Positions 22,475-34,600 are shown, numbered from the stretch's first letter. The stretch is DNA of 64,000 nt from Actinomycetota bacterium (GCA_005888295.1 VAWP01000087.1:19461-83460); one strand, 5' to 3'. Notes: a model not told the origin generated them from the letters alone. Numbers and translations: made by a program.

Positions 22475-23863
22475 TCAGACCTTCTCTCGCTTGAGGGCGC
22501 TCTTGGCGACCGTGCGGCCGAAGTCCCACGCCAGCCCGGGATAGCGGTGGGCGTCGGCCACGACGTCCTCGAACCCGCCGACGAAGGCGTCCACGACCTC
22601 CGGGCCCGCCACGAGAGGCGGCAGGATCTTGAGGACGTTCATGTTGTCGCCGGCGACCTGGGTGAGGATGCGGTGGCGGTGGAGCATGGGCACCACGATC
22701 ATCTGAGTGAAGAGCCCCGGTCGGAGGCGCTCCATCATCCGCCAACCCGATCGCAGCCTGAGCGACCGGGGCTCGCCGAACTCGATGCCGATCATGAGCC
22801 CCTTGCCCCGTACGGCTCGCACCAGCTCGAACTTGTCGACCATGGGCTCGAGGGCCGACATCAAGGCGTCGCCGGTCGTCCGGGCCTGCTCCACCAGCTT
22901 CTCGTCGTCGAGGACGCGCAGCGTGGCCAGCCCGGCGACCATGGCCAGGTCGTTCTCCCCGAAGGTCGAGCTGTGCACGACGGCCCGCTCCATGTGGTCG
23001 AAGACCCGGTCGAAGATCGCGGACCGGCACAGGAGGGCGCCGACCGGGACGTAGCCGCCCGAGAGGGCCTTGGACACGGTGATCATGTCGGGCTCGGCAT
23101 CCCAGTGCTCCAGGGCGAGGAACCTGCCCGTCCGACCGATGCCCGTCTGCACCTCGTCGATGACGAGCAGGGCACCGTGGCGCGAGCACGCCTGGCGGGC
23201 GCCGGCCAGGTAGTCGTCGGGCGGCAGGTTCACCCCCTTGCCCTGGATCGGCTCGACGATGAAGGCAGCGACGTCGCCGCGCGCCAGCTCCGCCTCCAGG
23301 GCGTCGACGTCGCCGAACGGCACCTCGACGCAGCCGGGCAGCAAGGGACCGAACCCGGCGCGGAACTCGTCCCCGCCGTTCACCGACAGCGCGCCGTTCG
23401 TCAGCCCGTGGAAGGCGTGGTCGCAGTACACGATCCTCGTCCGGCCGGTGGCCCGGCGGGCGAACTTGATCGCGCCCTCCACGGCCTCGGCACCACTGTT
23501 GGTGAAGAAGCAGCGGTCGACCGCAGCCGGGACCCGCTCGAGCAACGCCTCGGCCAGCAGGCCCGGGAGCAGCGAGCAGTCCATCTGGACCAGATTGGCG
23601 AAGTCGGCGTCGAGGGCGTCGTGCAGCGCCTGCTTCACGACGGGATGACCGCGGCCCAGGGCGAAGACCCCGAAGCCGGCGAGCAGATCGAGGTAGCGGG
23701 CGCCGTCGCGGTCGAAGAGATAGCAGCCCTCGCCCCGCTCGTAGAAGCGGTCGAAGCCGATCGTGCGGAGCACCTTGACCATCTGCGGATTGAGGTGGGC
23801 CGAGTGCAGGCGGAAGCTCTCGCCCCGCCGCTCCGCCACCGTCGCCCGCAGGTCGAACGTCAT
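22475..23863 (-). CDS. class III (omega) aminotransferase
   Basis: ORF 22475..24034 trimmed to ATG 23863, which overlaps the dtd stop (ATGA). Motifs: [11 protein letters not shown] and TVSKALSGG (PLP lysine). Confidence 0.9.
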   Translation of the reverse strand: MTFDLRATVAERRGESFRLHSAHLNPQMVKVLRTIGFDRFYERGEGCYLFDRDGARYLDLLAGFGVFALGRGHPVVKQALHDALDADFANLVQMDCSLLPGLLAEALLERVPAAVDRCFFTNSGAEAVEGAIKFARRATGRTRIVYCDHAFHGLTNGALSVNGGDEFRAGFGPLLPGCVEVPFGDVDALEAELARGDVAAFIVEPIQGKGVNLPPDDYLAGARQACSRHGALLVIDEVQTGIGRTGRFLALEHWDAEPDMITVSKALSGGYVPVGALLCRSAIFDRVFDHMERAVVHSSTFGENDLAMVAGLATLRVLDDEKLVEQARTTGDALMSALEPMVDKFELVRAVRGKGLMIGIEFGEPRSLRLRSGWRMMERLRPGLFTQMIVVPMLHRHRILTQVAGDNMNVLKILPPLVAGPEVVDAFVGGFEDVVADAHRYPGLAWDFGRTVAKSALKREKV

Positions 23864-24309
23864 CCGCAACCCTCCACTTCGAGCAAGACCGTCACCGGAC
23901 CGTGGTTGACCAGCTCGACGTCCATCATGGCCCCGAAGGTGCCCGTTTCCACCCTCGCCCCCAGTTCGGCAAGGGCCTCGCCGAAGGCTGTCACCAGCGG
24001 TTCGGCCCGCTCCGCAGGAGCGGCCGCCGCCCACGAAGGCCGTCGTCCCCGTGTCGTGTCTGCGTACAGGGTGAACTGGCTGACCACGAGGACCGATCCG
24101 CCGACGTCAGCGAGCGAGCTGTCCATCTGCCCGTCCGCTCCTCCGAGGATACGCAGGTACCAGACCTTCTCCGCCAGCCGGCGGGCCGCGGCCCCGTCGT
24201 CGGTGTGGGTCACGCCGACCAGGACGCAGAGTCCCGGTCCGATCTCGCCCCTGACATCGCTGCCGACCACGACGCGGGCCCGGTGGACCCGCTGCACCAG
24301 CGCTCGCAC
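23860..24309 (-). CDS. dtd: D-aminoacyl-tRNA deacylase
   Basis: 149 aa: MRALVQRV.., SQFTLYAD, and GxFGAxM ([19 protein letters not shown]). GGAGGAGGAG lies upstream of the GTG start. Confidence 0.9.
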   Translation of the reverse strand: MRALVQRVHRARVVVGSDVRGEIGPGLCVLVGVTHTDDGAAARRLAEKVWYLRILGGADGQMDSSLADVGGSVLVVSQFTLYADTTRGRRPSWAAAAPAERAEPLVTAFGEALAELGARVETGTFGAMMDVELVNHGPVTVLLEVEGCG

Positions 24310-24349
24310 GTCTCCTCCTCCACAGCGACGGTAGCGGTCCCGGCGCCCG

Positions 24350-26860
24350 TCACTCGTAGCGGAGGGATGCCGCCACCTCCAGCCGGGACGTCCGCCAAGC
24401 GGGAAGGGCGGCGGCGATCAGCACGACCAGCGTAACCAGCACGCCGTAGACGACCACCGTGCCGCCCGCCAGCCGGAACGGATCCTTGTAGCCGATGAAG
24501 ATGGGGATGACCTCGTGGCTGGCCTCGTACTGACCGATCGCACCCAGGGCACCCAGGGCCACCCCGATGACGGCCACCACGGCGGCCTCGCTCATCACCA
24601 TGCGGAACAGCTCGGAGGGCCGCATCCCGACGGCGGCGAGGAGCCCGAGCTCCCGGCGGCGCTGCGCCCCTACCAGTAGCAGCGTCGACAGCACGGCCAC
24701 GAAGGCCACGAGCAGGAGCCCCCGTTGGAGGGCCCAGAACGGGGCCAGCTGGCTCCTCACGTCGGTTGAGACGCTGCTCGCCAGCTCGGTCGGCGTCTGC
24801 ACCTGGAGATCCGGGTCCAGCTTGGCGGCGGTCACCTCGCGGGCCAGCTGATCGAGGGTCACACCCGGACCCGGTCGCAGGGCGACCTCTCCCGCCGGCT
24901 GGGGCCCGTAGAGGGCCGTGAGCATGGACATCGGCATGTTCACGACACCGCCGGCGAAGTCGCCGTTGAGCCACACGCCCTGCACCGGGACCCGGACGGT
25001 ACCGGTCGGCGTGTCGAGGGCGAGCTGAGAACCGGCCCGGAGATGGAGCCGCCGGGCCAGGCCCACTCCCACCAGGACCTGTCCCCGGTCGAAGGCCGAC
25101 AGGTCCTTGGTGCCGGACACGACGTCGAACGGCAGGTTCTGGTCGTCCTGGCCTTCGACGCCGATGAGACCGGAGCTGGTGTGGCCGCTCCCGACGACCG
25201 CCCCGCTCTCCAGGCCGGCCACACCCGGCAGATGTCGGAGAGAGGTGAGCACGGCTGGGGGGATCCGGGCGTCGATGTCCAAGGCGTTGTTCGGGGGGGT
25301 GGTCGAGACCCGGAGGCTCTGGTTCCGCGTCCGGGTGATCGCCGACGTGATGGCGTCGTGAATGGAAAGGTCGAAGCTGGCGACCACGAAGGCGATGGCG
25401 ACGGCCGACCCGACGGCCACGGCCATGACGCTCGTCCGTCCCGGGTTTCTGACCAGGTTCGCCAGACCAAGCCCCACTGACGCGTTCCTCCCCCTCCACA
25501 GCCGGAGCACCCACAACGCCACGCCGGGAGCGGCCAAGGCGACGGCGAGGGCGAAGGCGGTGGACGTCCCGAGGAGGGCGACCGAGCCGAGGTGCGACTG
25601 CCAGGTGTACATCCCTCCGTGGAAGCCGGCCACCCAGGAGAGGGCCACACCCGCAAGGCCCAGGCCGAGGCAGAGCGCTCCCCGCCGCCAGCGAACCCGC
25701 GGGGCCGTCTCGTCCCTGAGGCCGCGGTTCGAGAGCTCGGCGGCGACGTCCATGCGCAGGGCGCGCCGGGCCGAGAACCAGGCCGCCGCCACGGCCAGCC
25801 CGACGCCGAGGGCCGCTCCGACCGCGAACGGCGCCGGCGTCACGTGCACCGTCACGGCGATACCGACCGTCCGACGCGTGAAGTCGGAGAGGCCGGCCGT
25901 CACGGGTCCGGCGAGGGCGACGCCGCCGACCGTGCCGAGCAGACCACCGGCCAGCCCCATGAGGCCTGCTTCCAGGTCCAGGCGGCGCTCCTCGAGGGAG
26001 ATGGCAATGACGTCGTACACCAGGACGGCCCCGATGGCGAGGGCGAACAGCCCCATCAGTCCGAACAGCGGCACCAGCCCGCCCAGCACCACAGTTGCCG
26101 CCGGCGGTGGATCGGTCGAGCGCAGCACGCCGTTCCAGGGTCCGACAGCGGCCGACAGTCGCTGCTTCAACGTCTCCACATGCGTCCCGGCGGACGGCAC
26201 GACGTAGACGACGTCGAGACGGTGCGACCGGCCGAACAACGCCTGCGATTGGGCCAGCGGCATCACCACGACCTGGCCGCCGACGACGGCGTCCAGCCGG
26301 CTGACCACCGGCGCGCCGCGAAGTGGGAGGCGCCCGTCGTCGGTCAGCAGGACACCGTCGGGGCCGAGCCTCCGCAGCAGGGCGGCAGAAAGGGTGGGTG
26401 GTCCGGTGGTCGTGCCGGTGGCCAGGGCGCTCCCCGCGCCACACGGCAACGAGGGAACCAGCGGCTGAGCCCGGCAGTCGATGCCCACTGCCAGCACGGG
26501 CTGGACCGAGCTGCCCGTCTGCCCCGTGACCGTGCGGGTGCCGCCGGGCGCGCCCGGGCCTGGGTCGGCCAGGGTCACCGCCTGCACCATCGGAACGGCC
26601 GCGCCCACGCCCGGAGTGCGCTCGACCGTGGAGAGGACGCTTTCGTCGAGGCCGCCCCGGGACGTCGCCCCGACGACGCGCAGGGGCGCGGGCCCGGCTA
26701 CGTGCGACGCGAAATCGGCGAAGGAGCGCGACACGCTCGTGGTCGTCACGGCCACCGACACCACGAGGGCCACGCCGGCGGCAGCGGCCACCGCGCCCAG
26801 GACGGTCCGCACCGGCTGCCGTACCAGCCTGCGCAGGTTGAGCAGGAGGAACAGACGCAT
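24350..26860 (-). CDS. ABC transporter permease, double FtsX-domain (MacB-like)
   Basis: 836 aa. The N-terminus [12 protein letters not shown] is typical of the family, with two hydrophobic FtsX-type blocks separated by large extracytoplasmic regions. Confidence 0.8.
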   Translation of the reverse strand: MRLFLLLNLRRLVRQPVRTVLGAVAAAAGVALVVSVAVTTTSVSRSFADFASHVAGPAPLRVVGATSRGGLDESVLSTVERTPGVGAAVPMVQAVTLADPGPGAPGGTRTVTGQTGSSVQPVLAVGIDCRAQPLVPSLPCGAGSALATGTTTGPPTLSAALLRRLGPDGVLLTDDGRLPLRGAPVVSRLDAVVGGQVVVMPLAQSQALFGRSHRLDVVYVVPSAGTHVETLKQRLSAAVGPWNGVLRSTDPPPAATVVLGGLVPLFGLMGLFALAIGAVLVYDVIAISLEERRLDLEAGLMGLAGGLLGTVGGVALAGPVTAGLSDFTRRTVGIAVTVHVTPAPFAVGAALGVGLAVAAAWFSARRALRMDVAAELSNRGLRDETAPRVRWRRGALCLGLGLAGVALSWVAGFHGGMYTWQSHLGSVALLGTSTAFALAVALAAPGVALWVLRLWRGRNASVGLGLANLVRNPGRTSVMAVAVGSAVAIAFVVASFDLSIHDAITSAITRTRNQSLRVSTTPPNNALDIDARIPPAVLTSLRHLPGVAGLESGAVVGSGHTSSGLIGVEGQDDQNLPFDVVSGTKDLSAFDRGQVLVGVGLARRLHLRAGSQLALDTPTGTVRVPVQGVWLNGDFAGGVVNMPMSMLTALYGPQPAGEVALRPGPGVTLDQLAREVTAAKLDPDLQVQTPTELASSVSTDVRSQLAPFWALQRGLLLVAFVAVLSTLLLVGAQRRRELGLLAAVGMRPSELFRMVMSEAAVVAVIGVALGALGAIGQYEASHEVIPIFIGYKDPFRLAGGTVVVYGVLVTLVVLIAAALPAWRTSRLEVAASLRYE

Positions 26861-26867
26861 CAGCGCA

Positions 26868-27527
26868 TCAGGACACGTTGCCGTCGCGCAGGTTCAGCAC
26901 CCGCCCTGCCCGCCCGGCGGCGCGCTCGTCGTGGGTCGCCATGAGCAGGGCGGCCCCGACCTCGAGCACCTCGGTCACCAGGACGTCGAGCACCTCCTTG
27001 CCGGTCGCCGAGTCGAGGTTGCCGGTCGGCTCGTCGGCGAGGAGCAGGCGAGGACGGGCGACCAGCGCCCGGGCGATGGCGGCACGCTGCATCTCGCCCC
27101 CCGAGAGCTCTCCGGGCAGGTGGCGGGCCCGCTCCGAGAGCCCGACCTGGGCGATGGTGTCGGCCACGGCGCCATCTGCGCGCCGTCCGTCGAGGAGCAG
27201 CGGGAGCGCGACGTTCTCGGCCACCGTGAGCGTCGGGATGAGGTGGAAGAACTGGAAGACGAAGCCGATCTTCTTCCGCCGCAGCCGGGCCCGCTCGCCG
27301 ACGCTCAGTCGCCCCAGGTCGCGGCCGTCGAACGTGACCAGACCGTCGTCGGGCTGGTCGATCCCGCCGGCCAGGTGCAGCAGGGTTGACTTGCCCGAGC
27401 CGCTGGGCCCGACCAGGCTGACGAACTCCCCCGCGTCGATCTCCAGCTCCACGCCGTCGAGGGCGACGACGTCCTCACGGCCCCGGCGGAACCGCTTGGA
27501 GACTCCGTCCAAGCGAAGCAGACCCAT
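26868..27527 (-). CDS. ABC transporter ATP-binding protein (MacB/LolD-like)
   Basis: GPSGSGKST, LSGGEMQR and LLADEPTGNLD. Confidence 0.9.
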   Translation of the reverse strand: MGLLRLDGVSKRFRRGREDVVALDGVELEIDAGEFVSLVGPSGSGKSTLLHLAGGIDQPDDGLVTFDGRDLGRLSVGERARLRRKKIGFVFQFFHLIPTLTVAENVALPLLLDGRRADGAVADTIAQVGLSERARHLPGELSGGEMQRAAIARALVARPRLLLADEPTGNLDSATGKEVLDVLVTEVLEVGAALLMATHDERAAGRAGRVLNLRDGNVS

Positions 27528-27601
27528 GGCAACCCCCAGCGCCCACCCCAGCGGTATGGCTGTGCCGGCAGGCTAGGGAGTGGCGGTACCGCCCGGCAAC
27601 C

Positions 27602-29077
27602 TCATTCCCCCGTGTCGACGGCGACGTACTTCGTCGAGAGGTACTCCTCGATGCCCTCCCTGCCCCCCTCCCGCCCGAAGCCCGACTGCTTCACGCCCCC
27701 GAAGGGCGCGGCGGGATTCGACACCAGCCCCCGGTTGAGCCCGATCATCCCCACCTCGAGCCCCTCGACCACCCGGAGGGCGCGCTCGAGGTCCCGGGTG
27801 AACACGTAGGCGACCAGCCCGTACTCGGTGCCGTTGGCGCGTGCCACCCCCTCGTCCTCGGTGCCGAACGCGGTCACCGGGGCGACCGGACCGAACACCT
27901 CCTCGGAGAGGATCTTGGAGTCGTCGGGCACGGCCCCGATCACCGTGGGCTCGAAGAAGTAGCCGGCTCCTTCACGCCGCCCGCCGCCGGCGAGGACCTT
28001 GCCACCGCGGCCGACAGCGTCCTCCACCAGCTCGGTCACCTTGCTGCGCTGATCCTCGTCGATCAGAGGGCCGACGTCGGCCTCGGGCTCGGTCCCCCGG
28101 CCCATGCGCAGCGATCCCATCTTCGCCGCCAGCCCGGCGGCGAACTCCTCGGCGACCGCCTCGGCCACGAGGAACCGGTTGGCGGCCACGCAGGACTCTC
28201 CGATGTTGCGCATCTTGGCGATCACCGCACCTTCGATGGCGCGATCGAGATCGGCGTCCTCGAAGACGACGAACGGGGCGTTCCCCCCGAGCTCCATCGA
28301 CATGCGCAACAGGTTCTGCGAGGCCTGCGCCATGAGGGTGCGACCCACCGGGGTGGACCCGGTGAAGGAGACCTTCCGCAGCCTGGGATCGGCCATCACG
28401 GCACCCGCCGTGCGGCTCGCCGACGTGCTCGGTATGACGTTGAGGACGCCGGCTGGGAGCCCGACCTCCTCCAGCACGCGGGCGAGGGCGAGCATGGAGA
28501 GAGGCGTGAGCTGGGCGGGCTTGAGGACCATCGTGCAGCCGGCCGCGATGGCGGGCCCGATCTTCCTGGTCCCCATGGCCAGCGGGAAGTTCCAGGGCGT
28601 GATGAGCAGGCAGGGGCCGACGGGGTGCTTCATCGTGAGCAGCCGTCCCGAGCCACCGGGCTCGCGCGACCAGCGGCCGTCGATACGCACCGCCTCCTCC
28701 GAGAACCACCGCAGGAACTCGGCCCCGTAGGTGATCTCGGTCCGGGACTCCGCCAGCGGCTTGCCCATCTCCAGCGTCATGAGCAGGGCGAGGTCGTCGC
28801 GGCGCTCGATCAGGAGCTGCCAGGCCCGCCGCAGGATCTCGCCACGCTCCCGGGGCGGATGGTCCGCCCACGCCGCCTGGGCCCGAGACGCGGCGTCGAG
28901 GGCGGCGAGAGCGTCCTCCTCGGTGGCGTCGGACACCCGACACAGCACCCGACCGGTGGCGGGGTCCTCGACGCCGAACGACGCCCCACTCGAGGCGTCC
29001 CGCCACTCGCCCCCGATCTGGAGCCGGGGGACCACGTTCTCGTCGATCACACGTTGTTCGTGGTCACTGGTCGTCAT
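27602..29077 (-). CDS. gabD: NAD(P)-dependent succinate-semialdehyde / aldehyde dehydrogenase
   Basis: 491 aa with FTGST, ELGGNAP and the catalytic Cys block GESCVAANR. The precise substrate is an inference. Confidence 0.8.
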   Translation of the reverse strand: MTTSDHEQRVIDENVVPRLQIGGEWRDASSGASFGVEDPATGRVLCRVSDATEEDALAALDAASRAQAAWADHPPRERGEILRRAWQLLIERRDDLALLMTLEMGKPLAESRTEITYGAEFLRWFSEEAVRIDGRWSREPGGSGRLLTMKHPVGPCLLITPWNFPLAMGTRKIGPAIAAGCTMVLKPAQLTPLSMLALARVLEEVGLPAGVLNVIPSTSASRTAGAVMADPRLRKVSFTGSTPVGRTLMAQASQNLLRMSMELGGNAPFVVFEDADLDRAIEGAVIAKMRNIGESCVAANRFLVAEAVAEEFAAGLAAKMGSLRMGRGTEPEADVGPLIDEDQRSKVTELVEDAVGRGGKVLAGGGRREGAGYFFEPTVIGAVPDDSKILSEEVFGPVAPVTAFGTEDEGVARANGTEYGLVAYVFTRDLERALRVVEGLEVGMIGLNRGLVSNPAAPFGGVKQSGFGREGGREGIEEYLSTKYVAVDTGE

Positions 29078-29145
29078 GCCGGTGACCTACCCCTTTTTGC
29101 CCCGACGCCAGCCGCCGCCCACCGTCGGGCGCGCCGCGAGGCTGC

Positions 29146-29493
29146 TCAGGAAGACCAGCTGCCCCGCTTGTTCACCACGTAGGGGCCGACCGTCACGCGG
29201 ACCCGAGCCGACGGGTCGTCGTGCACCAGCTGGGCGGCCAGCTTCTGCACCGCCGGGTGCGCCCGGTCGACATAGGCCGAGGCTTCCTCCCGGGTCAGGG
29301 CGTGACCGGCGAGCCGGTCCGTCTCGACCTCGACCTCGGCCTGCACCATCAGCGTCACGGTCGGGGGCTTGGGAACCACCGCACCGTCGCCGCTCAGGAC
29401 CCGCACGTCGTGACCGTCCCCCGTCGGCGCCGCCCCTGGCGCCGGCGCAGGCCGTTCGCCGAGGACCCTCACTGCCTGCTGCTGTTCCGCCAT
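29146..29493 (-). CDS. hypothetical protein (115 aa)
   Basis: ATG 29493 is preceded by GGAGGAG. The rest of ORF 29146..29844 upstream looks non-coding. I do not recognise a family. Confidence 0.55.
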   Translation of the reverse strand: MAEQQQAVRVLGERPAPAPGAAPTGDGHDVRVLSGDGAVVPKPPTVTLMVQAEVEVETDRLAGHALTREEASAYVDRAHPAVQKLAAQLVHDDPSARVRVTVGPYVVNKRGSWSS

Positions 29494-29896
29494 CAACTCT
29501 CCTCCGGCTGTCGTCCGTGTCCACGGAAATGAGACCTGGTTCCGTCGGCGCTGGTTGCGTCGCCCCGCTCGGGCCACCTCGCGACCGCCATCAACGCGGG
29601 CTCCAACCGAATTCCGCTGATGTGATCGGTGGCGAGCCGCCCTGCCTCCCGCCGAGCCCACCTTAGACGCCAGCCCCACGTGCTCCTCCTCCCGCCCTGT
29701 CACCAGGCTAGGCCCGAAACCGGCGATATGCACAGCGACGAGGCAAGAAATCCACAGGCAATCGCAGGGCAACTGGCCATCCCCGTCCGTACCGCCTGGG
29801 AGGGAGCCCGATACCCACCCCACATACCCTTTCCCCCCCGGCACGGAGGGCCTATCGTGTGGCGACCTATCGGCGCCTGGGAGGTCCCAGCGGACC

Positions 29897-30343
29897 GTGC
29901 GACATCACGAGGTGACGGCGCAGGCGGCACGAGTCCTGCCCCGCTTCCAGGTTGGTACCTGGGTCGAGGAGTCCAAGGCCATCGTCTTCGTGTGGGGCGA
30001 GGTCGACTGCGCCACGGCGCCGCGTCTGGCCGGAACCCTCGCCGACATGACCGAGCAGGGCCGGTTGAACCTGGTGGTCGATCTCAGCGGCGTGTACTTC
30101 ATGGACTCGACGGGGCTGGCCGTCCTCGCCGTGGCCCACAAGCGGCTCCAGCAGGCCGGTGGCGGACTGGTACTGGCGGGACCGACCCCCGCCGTCCGCC
30201 GGTCCATCGACATCACCGGCCTCGACCAGATGATGCCGGTCACCGACGCCCTCCCGAAGGTCTCCTCGGCCCTCCTCGAGTCGACCCGCGCCCGCGATCG
30301 CGCCCCGGACGTCGACGAGGACGACGCACCGCAGGAAGCCTGA
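29897..30343 (+). CDS. STAS-domain anti-sigma-factor antagonist
   Basis: VVDLSGVYFMDSTGLAVLAVAHKRL..GGGLVLAGPTPAVRRSIDITGL is the typical SpoIIAA/RsbV-like core with the phosphorylatable Ser/Thr context (DSTG). Confidence 0.8.
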   Translation: MRHHEVTAQAARVLPRFQVGTWVEESKAIVFVWGEVDCATAPRLAGTLADMTEQGRLNLVVDLSGVYFMDSTGLAVLAVAHKRLQQAGGGLVLAGPTPAVRRSIDITGLDQMMPVTDALPKVSSALLESTRARDRAPDVDEDDAPQEA

Positions 30344-30362
30344 TCCCGCTCCGTCGACGGGC

Positions 30363-31460
30363 TCAGTCGGACGCGTCGGTTGGTCGCGACATCGACTGCC
30401 GTCGCCACGACGCCCGGTGGTGAGCGACCTCGGCGTGGTGATCGATGCCGTGGCTGTCGGCGGGATCGACGTGCACCAGCGCCGACGTGAGCCTCGGCAC
30501 CTCGTGCAGCAACGCGTGCCGAGCCTGTTCGGCGATCTCGTGGCCCTGGCTCACTGTGAGCTCCCCGCTCACCGTCACCTCGGCCTCGGCCCAGAGGGCG
30601 TGGCCGATCCAGCGCAGCCGGAGGTCGCCGACGCCCCGAACACCCGGCACGGCACCGAGCGCTGACGCGCAGCGGTCGACGAGCTCCGGCTCGACCGCGT
30701 CCATGAGGCGTCGGAACACGTCGCGTGCCGCGTCCCGGCCAACGAAGACGATGGCGGCCGTGATGACCAGACCGGCGATGGGGTCGGCCAGGCGGAACCC
30801 GGCGGCCACGCCTATGGCGCCAGCGAGCACGGCCAGGGAGGTCATGCCGTCGGTGCGGGCGTGGAGCCCGTCCGCGACCAGCGACGCCGAGCCGATGCGC
30901 CGGCCGACCCTGATGCGGTACTGGGCGACCCCCTCGTTCCCCAGGAACCCCAGCACGGCAGCGGCGGCGACGGCGCCCAGCAAGTGCACGTGCTGGGGAT
31001 GCAGCAACCGGTTCACCGACTCGTAGCCGGCGGCCACCGACGAGGCGGCGATGGCCCCCACCACGGCGAGCCCGGCGAGGTCCTCGGCCCGTCCATAGCC
31101 GTACACGTAGCGGCGACTGGGAGGCCGCCGCCCGACCAGGAACGCCAGTCCGAGGGGCACCGCCGTCAACGAGTCGGCGAGGTTGTGCAGGGCATCCCCC
31201 AGTAGCGCGACGGACCCGCTGACGAGGAACACCGCGAGCTGGGCTGCCGCCGTCGCCGCCAGGCCCAGGAGGGAGATGCGCACGGCCCGCATGCCGTCGT
31301 GACTGCCCTGGAGGACCTGGTCGACCTCCCCGAGCGGACCGTGGGAGTGGGAATGGGAATGGGAATGGTGCACCACCCGTCGGCCGAAACGTCCGATCAA
31401 TCCCCCCCGGGCGTGGCCGTGTTGCGAGTGGCGGCCGCCGTCGTGGCCATGCGCTGCCAT
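30363..31460 (-). CDS. cation diffusion facilitator (CDF) family metal efflux transporter with His-rich N-terminus
   Basis: HSHSHSHSHG tract, six TM-like segments with HNLADSL and HARTDG motifs, and a C-terminal cytoplasmic domain. Confidence 0.85.
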   Translation of the reverse strand: MAAHGHDGGRHSQHGHARGGLIGRFGRRVVHHSHSHSHSHGPLGEVDQVLQGSHDGMRAVRISLLGLAATAAAQLAVFLVSGSVALLGDALHNLADSLTAVPLGLAFLVGRRPPSRRYVYGYGRAEDLAGLAVVGAIAASSVAAGYESVNRLLHPQHVHLLGAVAAAAVLGFLGNEGVAQYRIRVGRRIGSASLVADGLHARTDGMTSLAVLAGAIGVAAGFRLADPIAGLVITAAIVFVGRDAARDVFRRLMDAVEPELVDRCASALGAVPGVRGVGDLRLRWIGHALWAEAEVTVSGELTVSQGHEIAEQARHALLHEVPRLTSALVHVDPADSHGIDHHAEVAHHRASWRRQSMSRPTDASD

Positions 31461-31634
31461 GGCGGCATCAGGCTACTTGACCCGTCGCGTGCGGCTCGGC
31501 CACGCCATTGTTCGTGCGCGCCCTGGGTAAGTACGAGACATTCATCTATCCTGCCCTGATGGCTCCGCCCGGCTCGGCGCCGTGATCCGGGCGCGAGCTT
31601 CTTCCTCCGCTCCGGTACCGGGTCTGGTGACGCG

Positions 31635-34600
31635 TTGATCGGGTTGGGCGCCGTGCTCCGACCGGTCTCGGGCGTGCCCGGCGCCCTGCGTCCGGTGACG
31701 GACCTGGTGGGCCAGGCCGGCGCCGCCGGTGCCCGTCAGGTTGCCGCCGCGCGCCGCCAGCTCCACGGGCCCGGCCGGGCCCACCGGCGCAGCTGGGTCG
31801 GCAACGGCCGCGCCCACATCGAGGTGCGCGCCGTCCACCGTTCTGATGGACAGTCACTGGCGCGTCGGCTCGAGCGCGATCTCGAGGCGCTCGACGGCGT
31901 CGACTGGGCCAGGGTCAACGCCGCCCTCGGTCGGGTGATCGTCGCCTTCGACGACGACGCGGCCCCTCTCGACAGCCTGCTCGACACGGTCGACGCAGCA
32001 GAGGATGCCCACGAGGTCACCCAGGAGCGCTTTTCCCGCGACCGCCCGCCACTACCGGGCGACTCCGAGCCGCTGCTCCGCAACCTCGCCGCCCTCGGCG
32101 CCGACACGGTCGGGCTCGGCGTGAGCGTGTTCGGCCAGCTCCTCCGGGCGACACCGATCCCGGGCGAGCTGGCGTCGCTCATCGCCGTGGCCGACAGCCA
32201 GCCGAGGGTCCGCCATCTCCTCGAGCGGCGTATCGGCCACCCGGCCACCGACCTCGGGTTCGCCCTGGCCAGCGCCGTCGCCCAGGCCCTCGGTCAGGGT
32301 CCGCTGGGCCTCATCGTGGACATGGGTCACCGGGCGAACCTGGTGGGAGAGATCCGCTCCCGTCAGCGAGCGTGGGACGCCCGGGAGCCGGAGCTCGTCG
32401 CCCGCAACGGGCGCCGAGACGTCGAGCCGATCGAGACGACGGACCGACCCACTCCCGTACCCAGGGGTCCGGTCGAGCAGCATGCCGACCGGGCGTCCCT
32501 GGCCGCCTTCGGTGTGTTCGGGCTCTCACTGGCGGCGACGAAAGACCCTCGCAAGGCGGCCAACACGCTGATGGCGGCAGCGCCGAAGGCCGCCCGTCTC
32601 GGACGGGAGGCGTTCGCCGCCCAGCTGGGGCGTGACCTGGCCAGCCGCGACGTCCTCGTGCTCGACCCCACGGCGCTCCGTCGCCTCGACCGGGTCGACA
32701 CGGTCGTCGTCGATCGCTCGGCCGTCCTGGACGGGGGGACTCTCGATCCCCTCGCCGACGCTTTCGTCGCCCGTGTGCGCGACGCCCGCTACAGCCTGGT
32801 CGTCGCCGGGGTCGACCGGCAGACTCGGCTCCGCCTCGGTGCCGATCGTTCCGTGCCGGGAGGTGCCGAGCTCGCCGGTTCCGTCCGCACCCTGCAGCGT
32901 GAGGGTCGGGTCGTCGCCTGTGTCTCGGCCACCGCGGACGGAGCCCTGCGGGCCGCGGACTGCGGGATCGGGCTGACGAGGGCCTCGTCACCTCCGCCGT
33001 GGGGCGCAGACCTGCTCTGTGGCCGCGGCCTCGAGCCGGCGTGTCGCGTGGTCGACGCCGCCGCTGCGGCGCGGCAGGCGAGCCGCCGGAGCGCCATGCT
33101 GGCCGCGGGCGGGTCGGCGATCGGCGGCGTCGGCGCCCTGATCGGGACCGGTCGGGGGGCGGCGCAGCGGGGCCTCCTGCCTGTCAACGCCGCCGCCCTG
33201 CTCGCCGAGGCGGCCGGCACCTGGTCGGCAGCGCAGGTGGGGCGGCAACCGCGCCCGGTGCCGACCAACCTGCCGGACTGGCACGCCATGGGTATCGAGG
33301 AGACCCTCACCGCGCTCGGCAGCTCCCGGTCCGGTCTGACCCAGGCGGCGGCGGCCAAGCGGGCCGCCACGTCCGACATGGCGGCGACGCCGGGGCCGTC
33401 GAACCTGGCCTCGGCCATCCTGGCCGAGCTGGCAAACCCCCTCACTCCCCTGCTCGCCCTCGGCGCCGGCTTGTCCGCGGCCGTCGGCTCGGTCCTCGAC
33501 GCCGCGCTCGTGGGGGGCGTCGTGGCGATCAACTCGGCCATCAGCGCCGCCCAGCGGCTCCGGACCGAGCACTCGCTGGAGGAGCTCACCCGGGCGACGG
33601 CGATGAAGGCGACGGTGAGCCGAGGAGGAGATTTCGTCGAGATGCCGGCGGACCTGCTCGTCGTCGGCGATCTCGTGCGGGTCGTCGGGGGCGAGCTGGT
33701 CCCGGCCGACTGCCGGCTGCTCGATACGACGTGGTGCGAGGTCGACGAGTCCAGCCTCACCGGCGAGTCGCTGCCGGTGGCCAAGGACCCCGAGCCCGTT
33801 CCCGGTGCCGCCGTGGGCGAACGAAGCTCGATGCTGTACGCGGGCACCACGATCGTCGCGGGCGGCGCGCTCGCCGTCGTCGTGGCCACCGGGACGGCGA
33901 CCGAGGCGGGCCGCAGCGTCGCCGGCGTCGGCGAGCCTCCGCCCAGTGGTGTCGAGGCCCGCCTCCACTCGCTGACCACGGCCACCTTGCCCGTCACGCT
34001 GCTCAGCGGCGCGCTCGTGGGCACCATGGGCTTCCTCCGACGCCGCCCCCTTCGTGAGTCGGTGGGTTCGGGCGTGAGCCTCATGGTCGCGGCCGTTCCG
34101 GAGGGGTTGCCGCTGCTTGCGACCGTGGCCCAGCAGTCGGCTGCCCACCGTCTCTCGCAGCACGAGGCCCTCGTTCGCAACCCACGCACCATCGAGGCCC
34201 TCGGCCGGGTCGACCTGCTCTGCTTCGACAAGACCGGCACCCTGACCGAGGGCCGCATCGGCCTGCAGCGCGTGTCCGACGGCATCGTCGACGAGGCCGT
34301 GGACGCCCTCGGACCCCGCCGGCGGGCGGTGCTGGCCGCGGCGCTGCGAGCCAGCCCGCCGTCGGAGGACGGCGAGGTGCTCACGCACGCCACCGATCAG
34401 GCAGTGGTCGACGGTGCGGCGGCGCTCGGCGTCACCCCCGGCGAGGGCCTGGGCGGCTGGGATGCGCGCGATGAGCTGGCGTTCGAGCCCGGCCGGGGCT
34501 TCCACGCCGTGCTGGGTCGGGGCCCGGACGAGTCCCGGATCGCCGTCAAGGGTGCGCCCGAGGCGGTCGTGGCGCGCTGCAACGGCTACCGCAGCCCGGA

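Noticed and set aside
31341-31370. Hexanucleotide tandem repeat (gtggga/atggga, about 5 units) as a possible phase-variation tract
   Set aside because: It is in frame and encodes the HSHSHSHSH metal-binding tract typical of CDF transporters. Unit changes would stay in frame.
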